Positions 1-9,300 of a stretch of DNA of 15,599 nt are shown here, piece by piece. Location: NCBI GenBank assembly GCA_046581755.1, contig JAYGFR010000141.1, forward strand, positions 1 through 15,599, in the 5' to 3' direction. The notes under the pieces are model-generated. The model did not search any database. It saw only the letters and a list, made by a program, of their open reading frames with translations, and had not been told where the DNA came from. A program made the translations under genes and the position numbers. Positions within the stretch are counted from its first letter, which is position 1, and each line of letters opens with the position of its first letter. The stretch is from Nitrospinota bacterium (GTDB lineage: Bacteria; UBA8248).

Positions 1-1422
1 GGGACGAAGCTGGGCGATGCCTTCTTTTCGATTCACACGGGCGGCGATGTCGCCTTTGTGAACGGTACGCTCAAGCATCTGATTGAAATCGGTGCGCTGG
101 ACAATGATTTTATCCGGGAAAAAACCGTGGATTTCGAGGATTTAAAAATCGCGCTGGCCGGGCAGGACTGGGAGTTGCTGGAAAAACACGCGGGCGTATC
201 CCGCGAGGAAATGAGGCGGTTCGCGGACATGTGCGCCACCGCCCGCTCGGCGGTTTTCGTATGGAGCATGGGGGTTACGCAGCACCTGTTCGGCGTCGAG
301 AATGTCCAGGCCATCCTCAACCTCGCCCTGGCGCGGGGGATGGTCGGCCGGGAGAACTGCGGCGTGATGCCCATCCGGGGCCACAGCGGCGTCCAGGGGG
401 GAGCCGAGGTGGGCTGCGTGCCGGGGAATCTGCCCGGCGGAGCGCCCATCGATGAGGATTCGGCCCGGGCGCTCGCGGAAGTATGGGGCTTCGCTCCGCC
501 CCTGGAAAAGGGCCTCTCGGCGGTTGAGATGATCGATGCCTCCCACGCGGGTGAGATGGATATGCTCTATTTCGCGGGCGGAAATTTTCTCGAAACCCTC
601 CCGGAACCGATTTTTGTCCGGGAGGCACTCGAGCGGATCCCCCTGCGCGTCCATCAGGACATCGTTCTGAGCTCGCCCATGTTCGCCGAGCCGGGCGAGG
701 CGGTTCTGCTCCTGCCCGGCCAGACCCGCTATGAGCAGCGCGGGGGGGGGTGCGAGACCACGACCGAGCGCCGGGTCATCTTCAGTCCCGAGATTCCGGG
801 CCGCCGCATCGGCGAGTCCAAGCCGGAGTGGGAGATCCTGATGGAGATGGCCGAGCGCGCGTATCCCGAACGCCGCGGGGAGATCCATTTCGGCGATGCG
901 GCCGCCATACGCGATGAAATCGCCCGGGCCGTGCCCAGCTACGATGGGGTGCAGAATTTCAGGAAAAAGGGCGATTCGATCCAGTGGGGCGGACGGCGCC
1001 TTTGCGAGGGGGGGCGCTTTCAGACGCCGGACGGGCGGGCGCACTTTAAGGCGCTGGTGCCCCCCGCCACGGAAATTCCCGAGGGATGGTTTTTCCTGAG
1101 CACCCGGCGCGGAAAACAGTTCAACAGCATGGTGATGAGCGATATCGACTCGCTCACCGGGGCGGGCCGGGAGGATGTGCTGATCAGCCGGGAGGATGCG
1201 GACGATCTGGGGCTCCGGGACGGCTCGCGCGTTCTCCTGAAATCGGAGGCGGGCGAATTCCGGGGGAAGATCAAGGTAATGCCCATCCGCCCGCGCAACG
1301 TCCAGGTGCACTGGCCCGAGGGCAATGTCCTCATCAAGCGGGGCCGGCGCGATCCCCGGAGCGGGGTGCCCGACTACAACGCGCTCGTCCAGCTCGTGCC
1401 GGATGACCCCGCGCCGGCCTGA
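1..1422 (+). CDS. FdhF/YdeP-family molybdopterin oxidoreductase, 5'-truncated by the window edge
   Basis: Frame 1 is open from base 1 (GTKLGDAFFSIHTGGDVAFVNG...). It contains WSMGVTQH, IRGHSGVQGGAEVG, GGNFLETLP, ETTTERR and the C-terminal molybdopterin-dinucleotide-binding segment LSTRRGKQFNSMV...SGVPDYNA. It ends at TGA 1420-1422. Confidence 0.9.
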   Translation, partial: GTKLGDAFFSIHTGGDVAFVNGTLKHLIEIGALDNDFIREKTVDFEDLKIALAGQDWELLEKHAGVSREEMRRFADMCATARSAVFVWSMGVTQHLFGVENVQAILNLALARGMVGRENCGVMPIRGHSGVQGGAEVGCVPGNLPGGAPIDEDSARALAEVWGFAPPLEKGLSAVEMIDASHAGEMDMLYFAGGNFLETLPEPIFVREALERIPLRVHQDIVLSSPMFAEPGEAVLLLPGQTRYEQRGGGCETTTERRVIFSPEIPGRRIGESKPEWEILMEMAERAYPERRGEIHFGDAAAIRDEIARAVPSYDGVQNFRKKGDSIQWGGRRLCEGGRFQTPDGRAHFKALVPPATEIPEGWFFLSTRRGKQFNSMVMSDIDSLTGAGREDVLISREDADDLGLRDGSRVLLKSEAGEFRGKIKVMPIRPRNVQVHWPEGNVLIKRGRRDPRSGVPDYNALVQLVPDDPAPA

Positions 1423-1613
1423 AGCGTCGCTTTATCGGTTGCGCATGCAAATATTTACGTATGGGTCTCTCGCCGCCGCGCGATGCGGATCGGTTTCGGG
1501 CGGGACCCATCCGGTGTAGTTTCGTCTGCGTCCGGGGGAATAAAAAATCGGTTCGGGTTCCGGGCCGTTGTTTTATGGGGCGCTTTCAAAAATAGAACTG
1601 GGGGGAAGCTCCA

Positions 1614-2582
1614 TTGAAAAGGGGAGCGGATATTCTCGTCCGCGATTGCGCCGGTGTGAAAGAGGGCGAGGATGTTCTCATCGTCACGGACGAGGAGCGC
1701 CTGGATATCGCCCAGGCCGTGAAAGCGGCGGCGGATGAGGCGGGCGGGCGCACGGCGCTCATCGTGTGTCCGCCGCGAAGCATCGACAATGAAGAGCCCG
1801 CTCCACCAGTCGCGGCGGCGATGGGCCAGGCCGCCGCTGTCATCATGCCCGTTACCCACGCCCTTTCGCACACGCGGGCCGTTCGTGAGGCGATTGGAAA
1901 GGGCGCGCGGGTGCTCTCGATGACGGCTTTTACCAGGAACATGATGAAATCGGGCGGCCTGATGGCCGACTTCAGGGCGCGCAGGCCACTTTGCGACGCT
2001 CTGGCGGAGCGCCTCACCCGGGCCCGGCGGGTGCGCATCACCAACCCCGCAGGAACCGCGCTTGATTTCAACTTGGAGGGCCGCCAGGGGAACAGCCATT
2101 GCTGCATCCTGGATTCGCCCGGCTTCTCCGCCGTCCCCAATATCGAGGCGAACACCTCTCCCGCAGACGGCTCTGCCCAAGGGGTGCTGGTGTGCGACGG
2201 CAGCATTCCCTACTACGGGATCGGGGTGATCCGGGAGGCGGTCACCTTCCGGGTGGAGGCGGGTTTCGTCGAAGAGATCGCCGGCGGAAAGCAGGCAGAG
2301 GTACTCCGCGATCTTCTTGCCGCGCAGAACGACCGCTGGGTTTACAACATCGCTCAATTCGCCATCGGCATGAACCCCGAATGCCGGGAGTTCACTGGCG
2401 AGATGCTGAACGATGAGGGCGTGAACGGGACGATTCACATCGGCATCGGCACATCGGCGAACCTGGGTGGAGCCGTTCAGGCGAAGACCCATTTCGACGC
2501 AATCATCCGAAAACCCTCCGTTTGGTTCGACGATGAGCCAATCATCGAGGCTGGCGACATCGTGGTCGTGGCGCGGCCGTAG
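1614..2582 (+). CDS. M29 (aminopeptidase T / leucyl aminopeptidase)-fold metalloprotein, related to NicX-type proteins
   Basis: N-terminal CAGVKEGEDVLIVTD, ITNPAGTALDF, PNIEANTSP, NIAQFAIGMNP, DEGVNGTIHIGIG and C-terminal THFDAIIRKPSVWFD. TTG start preceded by GGGGGA; an in-frame TAG at 1593-1595 limits any upstream extension. Confidence 0.8.
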   Translation: MKRGADILVRDCAGVKEGEDVLIVTDEERLDIAQAVKAAADEAGGRTALIVCPPRSIDNEEPAPPVAAAMGQAAAVIMPVTHALSHTRAVREAIGKGARVLSMTAFTRNMMKSGGLMADFRARRPLCDALAERLTRARRVRITNPAGTALDFNLEGRQGNSHCCILDSPGFSAVPNIEANTSPADGSAQGVLVCDGSIPYYGIGVIREAVTFRVEAGFVEEIAGGKQAEVLRDLLAAQNDRWVYNIAQFAIGMNPECREFTGEMLNDEGVNGTIHIGIGTSANLGGAVQAKTHFDAIIRKPSVWFDDEPIIEAGDIVVVARP

Positions 2583-2584
2583 GA

Positions 2585-4663
2585 ATGAAATCTTCGGTGC
2601 GCGTCGGTATCGATATCGGAGGGACGTTCACCGATCTGGTCCTCCTCGAGGGCGGTGGCGTTCATGTCGCCAAGGTGTTGACCACGCCGCGCGATCCCGC
2701 CGAGGGGGCGCTGAATGGGTTCCGGCGCATTCTCGAAATCAGCGGGACCGCCGCCCGCGATGTCCATGAGGTCGTTCACGCGACCACGCTGGTCACGAAC
2801 GCGCTGATTGAGCGCACGGGGGCGCCGGCGGGCGTGATCACGACCCGGGGATTCGCCGATACCCTCGAGATCGCCCGCGAGAAGCGCTTCGATATTTACG
2901 ATATTTTTCTCGAAATTCCCTCGCCGCTCGTGCCGCGTGAATTTTGCCTGGGCGTTGCGGAGCGGACGGACGCGGACGGAAATGTCCTGTGTCCGGTCGA
3001 TGGGGAAGAGGTGGCCGATGCCGCTGGCCAGCTCCGCGCGGGCGGCGTTCAATCGGTCGCCATCAATTTTCTGCATTCGCCCTCCAATCCCGCGAACGAA
3101 ATCGCGGCGGAAGCCGCCATACGGAACCGCTTCCCCGATCTCTGGGTCAGCCGCTCCTCGGCCATCGCTCCCGAGACGGGAGAGTTCGAGCGCTGCTCCA
3201 CCACCGCCGCGAACGCATACGTCCAGCCCATCGTCGATCGGTACCTTGACAGGCTGACGGAAAGCCTGAAATCGCTCGGTTTCGGCGGCCGTCTCTCCAT
3301 CATGCTCTCTACGGGGGGTTTTTCCGGGGTGGAGGCGGTGCGCCGCGTACCCATCCGGATTGTGGAATCGGGACCGGCGGGCGGGGCGCTCGCGGCCGCG
3401 CAACTGGCCCGGTCCCGCGGGGAGGCGCGCGCCATCGGATTCGACATGGGGGGAACCACCGCTAAAGTCTGCCTGATACGGGATGGGGAGCCGGACACCG
3501 TGCATTCCTTCGAGGCGGCCCGGACCGCGCGCTTTCAAAAAGGAAGCGGGCTTCCAATTCTTGCCCCTTCGGTGGACCTGGTGGAAATCGGGGCGGGCGG
3601 GGGCAGCATCGCCCATGTCAACCGGATGGGTCTCGTCCAGGTGGGTCCCCAAAGCGCGGGCTCGGAGCCCGGCCCGGCCTGCTACGGACGGGGAGGGGTA
3701 GAACCCACGGTGACGGACGCTAATCTCCTCCTGGGCTACCTGAATCCGGAATACTTCCTGGGCGGCGAGATGCCCCTATCCGCGGATAGCGCCCTTGAAG
3801 CGGTTTCGTCCCTCGCCAAGGCGCTCGGGATGAGCTCCGACGAGGCGGCCTGGGGGGTTCACGAAATTGTGACGGAGCAGATGGCGAGCGCGGCACGGGT
3901 GCACATCGCCGAAAAGGGCGCCGACCCGCGTCATTTCACCCTCATCGCGACCGGAGGGGCCGGCCCGGCCCATGCCTGCCACATGGCGCGGAATCTTTTT
4001 GTGCGGCGCATCGTCTGCCCGCCGGTGGTGGGTGTGGCCTCGACGGTGGGGCTGTTGATGGCGCGCCCCCGCTCGGACGCCGTGCGGGCCCTCGTTTCGG
4101 ATCTGGATGCGATGAATTGGGAAAAATCATTCATGCTGGTGGAGGATATGATGGCCCAGGCGCTTGAGGAATTGGGAGGCGAACCGATCGGGGGTGGAGA
4201 GTGGGAGATTGCCCTTTTCGCCGATATGCGTTACCGGGGGCAGGTCGGTTCCATATCCGTTCCGGTTTCATCGGAGGAGGGCCGCCCGCTCAAGGACGAA
4301 GCCGGAATGAAGCATCGCTTCGAGGAAGACTACCTCGCCAGATTCACCAGAAAAATCGAGGGTGTTCCCATCGAGGTGTGCGCCTGGCGGCTCACCATGA
4401 TGGGTCCGCAGCCCGAAACTGGCCATGGGGAGCCGTTCGAAACGGAAAGTGGCGCGGCCCATGTGAAGGGAAGCCGGAGGATGTTCGATGGAGCAAGGCG
4501 GGCGTTTGCCGATGGGACCGTTTATGATCGGTATGCTCTTCCCGCAGGCGGGGAATTCAAGGGTCCCGCGGTTATCGAAGAGCGCGAATCGGCCATCGTC
4601 GTGCCGAGCGACGGTACGTTCGCCAAAGATGAAGCTGGAAACATTGTTATAAACCTGGAGTGA
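2585..4663 (+). CDS. hyuA: Hydantoinase/oxoprolinase subunit A (N-methylhydantoinase A-like, ATP-binding)
   Basis: Canonical motifs DIGGTFTD, HATTLVTNAL, ESGPAGG, FDMGGTTAK, EIGAGGGSIA, GPQSAGSEPGPACYG, PTVTDANL, DMRYRGQ and GPAVIEE. Starts 2 nt after the upstream stop. Confidence 0.92.
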   Translation: MKSSVRVGIDIGGTFTDLVLLEGGGVHVAKVLTTPRDPAEGALNGFRRILEISGTAARDVHEVVHATTLVTNALIERTGAPAGVITTRGFADTLEIAREKRFDIYDIFLEIPSPLVPREFCLGVAERTDADGNVLCPVDGEEVADAAGQLRAGGVQSVAINFLHSPSNPANEIAAEAAIRNRFPDLWVSRSSAIAPETGEFERCSTTAANAYVQPIVDRYLDRLTESLKSLGFGGRLSIMLSTGGFSGVEAVRRVPIRIVESGPAGGALAAAQLARSRGEARAIGFDMGGTTAKVCLIRDGEPDTVHSFEAARTARFQKGSGLPILAPSVDLVEIGAGGGSIAHVNRMGLVQVGPQSAGSEPGPACYGRGGVEPTVTDANLLLGYLNPEYFLGGEMPLSADSALEAVSSLAKALGMSSDEAAWGVHEIVTEQMASAARVHIAEKGADPRHFTLIATGGAGPAHACHMARNLFVRRIVCPPVVGVASTVGLLMARPRSDAVRALVSDLDAMNWEKSFMLVEDMMAQALEELGGEPIGGGEWEIALFADMRYRGQVGSISVPVSSEEGRPLKDEAGMKHRFEEDYLARFTRKIEGVPIEVCAWRLTMMGPQPETGHGEPFETESGAAHVKGSRRMFDGARRAFADGTVYDRYALPAGGEFKGPAVIEERESAIVVPSDGTFAKDEAGNIVINLE

Positions 4664-6213
4664 ACATCGTGGCGTTCGATCCGATCACGCTGGAGGTCCT
4701 TTGGCGAAGGCTCATCGGGGTGGTGGACGAGGCGGCGGCAACGCTGGTCCGCACCTCGTTTTCCACCCTCGTTCGCGAGTCGAACGATTTCTCGTGCGTC
4801 ATTACGGACGACCGGGGCGAATCGCTGGTCCAGTCCTCGGCCAGTATCGCATCGTTCATCGGAACCCTGCCGATTACGGTGCGCCATTTCCTGAGGAAAT
4901 TCCCTCCGGAAAAGCTCGATCCCGGCGATATTTTGATCACCAACGACATCTGGTACGGGACCGGCCATCTTCCGGACGTGAATATCGTCAAGCCGATATT
5001 TTTCCGGGGACAATTCGCCGGGTTTTCCGCCAGCACCGCCCATTTGCCCGACATCGGAGGGAAGATTCGCTCTCCCGATCCCCGCGAGGTGTACGAGGAG
5101 GGCCTTCAAATTCCCATGATGAAGATGTACCGCGCCGGGGTGGCGGACGAAACGCTCATCAATCTGATCCGCTACAATGTCCGGGTCCCCGATTTGGTGA
5201 TGGGCGATATCTACGCCCAGATCGCCGCCAACGATTTGGCCGAACGCCGCCTGACCGAACTCCTCGAGGAGTACGGCCTGAAGAATCTCCGCGAGCTGAC
5301 CGGAGAAATTCAGGGACGTTCCGAAAAGGCGATGCGGGAGGCCCTGCGCGAAATTCCCGATGGCATCTATGAGTCGGAGATCGAGACCGATGGGCTGGCC
5401 GATCCAATTGTCGTCAAAACGCGCATCGTCAAGGAAGGAGACGGTCTTTTGATCGACTACGAGGGCTCGTCGGCTCAGGTCGATGCGGCGATCAATGTCG
5501 CCTACAACTACACATACGCGTATTCGGTCTATCCCGTGAAATGTGTTCTTTGCCCCGAGGTCCCAAACAATGAAGGATGTTTCCGGCCGATCGAGGTTCA
5601 TGCGCCTGAGGGGAGTATTCTCAATCCGCGGCGTCCGGCTGCGGGCGGAGGGCGCATGTTGGTAGGGCATTATCTCCCGGTGGCGGTGTTCACGGCGCTG
5701 GCCCCCATCATTCCGGACTGCGTGGCGGCTGCGAGCGGTTCGCCCATGTGGTGCGTGAACTACAGCGGCCCGGATAAAAAAGGGAATCGAACCGCCGGCC
5801 TTTTCTTTCAAAACGGGGGCACGGGCGCGACCGCTCGTGGAGACGGGTATTCCTGCCTGAGCTTTCCGAGCAACGTTTCGCACACCCCCATCGAAATCCT
5901 GGAGCGGATTTCGCCCTTCACGTTTCTCGGTAAAATGATCGTTCGCGGATCGGGCGGAAGCGGCGCTTATACGGGCGGATGTGGACAGAAGATTCTCATG
6001 CGGAACGATTCGCCGGGAAACGTTACCGTCTCGTTCATGGCGGAGCGTACGAAGATCCCCGCACCCGGCCTTTTTGGAGGGGGGCCGGGCGCCTGCGGCG
6101 AGGTTTTGATCAACGGCCAGCCCGTCGATCCGAAGAAAACGACCGCTTTGTCTCCCGGGGATACGCTGACCTTGATCACCCCCGGAGGGGGGGGGTACGG
6201 GGATGTCGGTTAA
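4660..6213 (+). CDS. hyuB: Hydantoinase B/oxoprolinase subunit (N-methylhydantoinase B-like)
   Basis: DPITLEVLW, RTSFSTLVRESNDFSC, GHLPDV (HLPD at 4966-4977), HLPDIGG, EEGLQIP, GSGGSG and TPGGGGYG. GTGA 4-nt overlap with the hyuA stop; GGAG lies immediately upstream. Confidence 0.92.
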   Translation: MNIVAFDPITLEVLWRRLIGVVDEAAATLVRTSFSTLVRESNDFSCVITDDRGESLVQSSASIASFIGTLPITVRHFLRKFPPEKLDPGDILITNDIWYGTGHLPDVNIVKPIFFRGQFAGFSASTAHLPDIGGKIRSPDPREVYEEGLQIPMMKMYRAGVADETLINLIRYNVRVPDLVMGDIYAQIAANDLAERRLTELLEEYGLKNLRELTGEIQGRSEKAMREALREIPDGIYESEIETDGLADPIVVKTRIVKEGDGLLIDYEGSSAQVDAAINVAYNYTYAYSVYPVKCVLCPEVPNNEGCFRPIEVHAPEGSILNPRRPAAGGGRMLVGHYLPVAVFTALAPIIPDCVAAASGSPMWCVNYSGPDKKGNRTAGLFFQNGGTGATARGDGYSCLSFPSNVSHTPIEILERISPFTFLGKMIVRGSGGSGAYTGGCGQKILMRNDSPGNVTVSFMAERTKIPAPGLFGGGPGACGEVLINGQPVDPKKTTALSPGDTLTLITPGGGGYGDVG

Positions 6214-6245
6214 CCCAAAAATGACCGTGCCCTGGAATTTTTAGC

Positions 6246-6276
6246 GGAAGGAAAATTTGCTTTCATTTTCCTCTCC
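6246..6276. promoter_or_regulatory. Inverted repeat between hyuB and the fused hydantoinase (operator or stem-loop)
   Basis: AGGAAAAT (6249-6256), 8-nt spacer, ATTTTCCT (6265-6272), extendable by GGA/TCC with one bulge. No clear U-tract follows it. Confidence 0.35.
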
Positions 6277-6324
6277 CCGGTTTCGGCGGCGGACAACAAC
6301 CACACCCTTCATATGAGACGGTGA

Positions 6325-9300
6325 ATGGCAATTAACGGCTCAATTCGGATTGGCGTCGATATAGGCGGTACGTTCACGGACGCGGCCGCTATCCGCTCCG
6401 AAGATGGGGCCGTTTTTTCGGTGAAAGTTCCTTCCACACCCTCGAACCCGTATCTGGCGCTGGATGAGGCCGTCCGGAATGTTCTTGAGTTGCCCGGCGC
6501 GGGACCCGCAGATGTAGCGGCGCTCATCCATGGCACCACCGCCGCGAAGGAGGCGCTGGCCGGGAACACTACTGCCGGCCTGGCCCTCGTGGTGAACGAG
6601 GGGTTTCGCCATATTCTCGAAATCGCCCGCCAAGGCGTTCCGGAGGGATGCGGAAATTCCTATTTTTGGGTGAAGCCGCCTCGTTTGGTGCCACTGGATC
6701 GTGTGTACGAAATCGGCGGGCGAATCGACTTTAGGGGAGACGAAAAGGCGCCTATCGACGAGGAACTGGCCCGAGATTTGGTCTACTCCTTGAAGAAGGA
6801 GGGCATCGAATCCGTTGCGATCTGTCTGCTCCATTCTTGTGTAAATCCGGCGCACGAGCTCTTCATGAAGAAGATATTCGAAGAAGAGTATCCCGCGTGT
6901 GTCTTGTCGATTTCATCCGATGTTTTGCCTGAAGCGCAAGAATACGAGCGCACCGTGGCGGCGCTCCTGGACGCCGTCTGCAAGCCGGTCACCAAAAATT
7001 ACCTTGACCGTGCCAGTGATCGCTTGCCGGGCGGTCTGCCGGAGTCAACTCCGGTTCTCATCATGTTGTCGAACGGCGAAGTGGTGAGCGCGGCGGAGGC
7101 GATGATGCGTCCGCTAGCGACGGCGATGTCCGGGCCGGCCGCGGGTGTTCTGGCTTGCACCGCCCTGGCCGGGGCGGCGGGCCTGGAAAAAGTCATCACG
7201 CTGGATGCGGGGGGCGCATCGACGGAGGTCTCGCTCCTGGAGGGCGGCGTCCCCCGCCTCGTCGCCCGTCCCCAACTGGGCAGTTACACCATTCCAGTTC
7301 CCATGCTCGATCTCGCCACGGCGGGAATTGGCGGTGAATCGGTCGCCTGGATAGGAAAAGACAAAAAGCTTCGCGTTGGCCCTCAAAGCGTGGGCGCCGA
7401 TCCGGGGCCCATGTGCTACGGAAAAGGAGGCGAGGAGCCCACCGTAACGGACGCCCAGCTTTTTCTCGGGCGCCTTCCCGAGAGCCTGGCGGGGGGCGCA
7501 CTACCGCTCGATCGGAAGAGTGCCGGAGAGGGCATCGGCAAAATCGCGGAGACACTGAAAATTCCCCTCGTCGATGCGGCGCTGGGCATAATCGAGATGG
7601 CCGTCGAGGAGCAGGTCCTGGCCATCCGCCGGTTGACGGTCCTGGAGGGAAAAGATCCGCGTGAATTCAGCCTTATCGCGATTGGCGGGGCGGGCCCGCT
7701 CATGGCGGCGGACATTGCCGGGGCTCTTGGCATCAAGCGGCTCATCCTGCCCCCCCGGTCCGGTTGCGGAAGCGCGGCCGGCCTGGCCGGTGCGCTCGAA
7801 GCGGGCCGTGTGGACCCTCCCAAGACAAAACCGGGAAGCGGAGCCGAGGTCGCCCGGACGGGCGAGCGGGAGGTCTACTTCAATGGTATGGGTTTTGTCC
7901 CGGTCCCGCTCTATGGTCACCATCTCCTCGGGGAGGGCGATTCCTTCCATGGGCCCGCTATCATCGAAGAGGCGGGCTCGACGGCGGTGGTTCCTCCGAG
8001 ATGCCATTGCGGGGTGGATGAGTGGGGAAACCTTCGAATTCACCTGTCAGGGATGTCGGGTCCCTCCAGCATCGCCGCTCGGGAGGCGCGGGGCGGGGCA
8101 AGGCCGATCGTTCAGGAAATTATCGAGGGCGCCATCAACACCGCCGAAAAGGAAATGGAAGAGATCATTGGGCGAGCGGCCCGCTCGGCGATTATGCGGG
8201 ACCTGCGCGATCACCGTGCCTGCCTGTTCGACCGGGAGGGGCGGAAACTCACGGGACGCTCGTTTTCGGCCGTTGCCGACACGGCCCTGAAAAACTGGCC
8301 TGCGGAGGATATCTACGAGGGCGATGTATTTATCTGGAATGATCCCTATCAATCCGAAGGGGGCATCGGGGGCCTTGCGACCCTGTGCGTTTGCGTTCCG
8401 ATTTTTTATCGTCAGAAACTCGCCGCCTTCAGCCTCACGGCATGCCACCTCGACGATATCGGCGGCGCGGCTCCGGCCGCCTTCAGGGCAGATTGCACCG
8501 ACATTTTCCAGGAAGGCCTCCTCGTTCCGCCCATCAAGCTCTTTGAGCGCGGCGCCATGAACAGGGAGGCATACCGAATCATTTGCCGGAACAGCCGCCT
8601 CCCGGATATTTTACAATCGGACATCGATGCCGCCATTTCCGCCTGCCGGGCAGGGGGTGAGCGGGTCCGCGAGCTTTTCGAACGATTCGGGGACGAGGTT
8701 GTTCTCGAAACGTTCGAGGGTCTTTTGGAAAGGTGCGAAAAAATCGTCCGGGAAGAATTGATGCCCAAAATTTCGGACGGTGCATATAAATGGGAGGACT
8801 ACATCGAGGGCGACGGGGTGACTCCCAAGAAGGCCCACACCCTGAAGGTTCAAATGATCAAGGAGGAAGGGAAATTGACCCTCGATTTTCGCGGCACATC
8901 GCCCCAAGCGAAAGGGTCAATCAACTGGCCGGGCGATTATGCCGGAGGTCAATATCTCAAAAAGCGGATGGGGGAAATCTTGCGGAGTTTGGCGGGAAGC
9001 TATGAGCGCATGTTCGAGATTGAGATCAACGATGGGGTATGTCCCCTGATCGATATTATTTTTCCAAAACGCGGGAGCCTGATCACACCCAATTTTCCGG
9101 CGCCGACGAATATGCACGCAATTACGGTTGGGCGGCTCATGAGCCTTTTTTGTGGTGTCCTGGGGTTGGCGACGAAAGGCCGCCTGCCCGCCGATCATGA
9201 GAGTGCTCGGCTATGGGGGTTTCGTGGACGCGGGCCGGACGGGAATTTTTTGTACCGGGAAAAGCTGGGAGGAGGCACAGGCGGCCGTCCTTGGGCCGAC

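Noticed and set aside
742..750. G9 tracts (742-750 and 6187-6195) as phase-variation switches
   Set aside because: Both are in frame and encode conserved Gly runs (RGGGC, PGGGGYG).
142..5883. Long antisense ORFs (142-1311, 1455-2492, 2477-3652, 4522-5883)
   Set aside because: They are shadows of well-supported + strand genes in GC-rich DNA and have no recognisable motifs.
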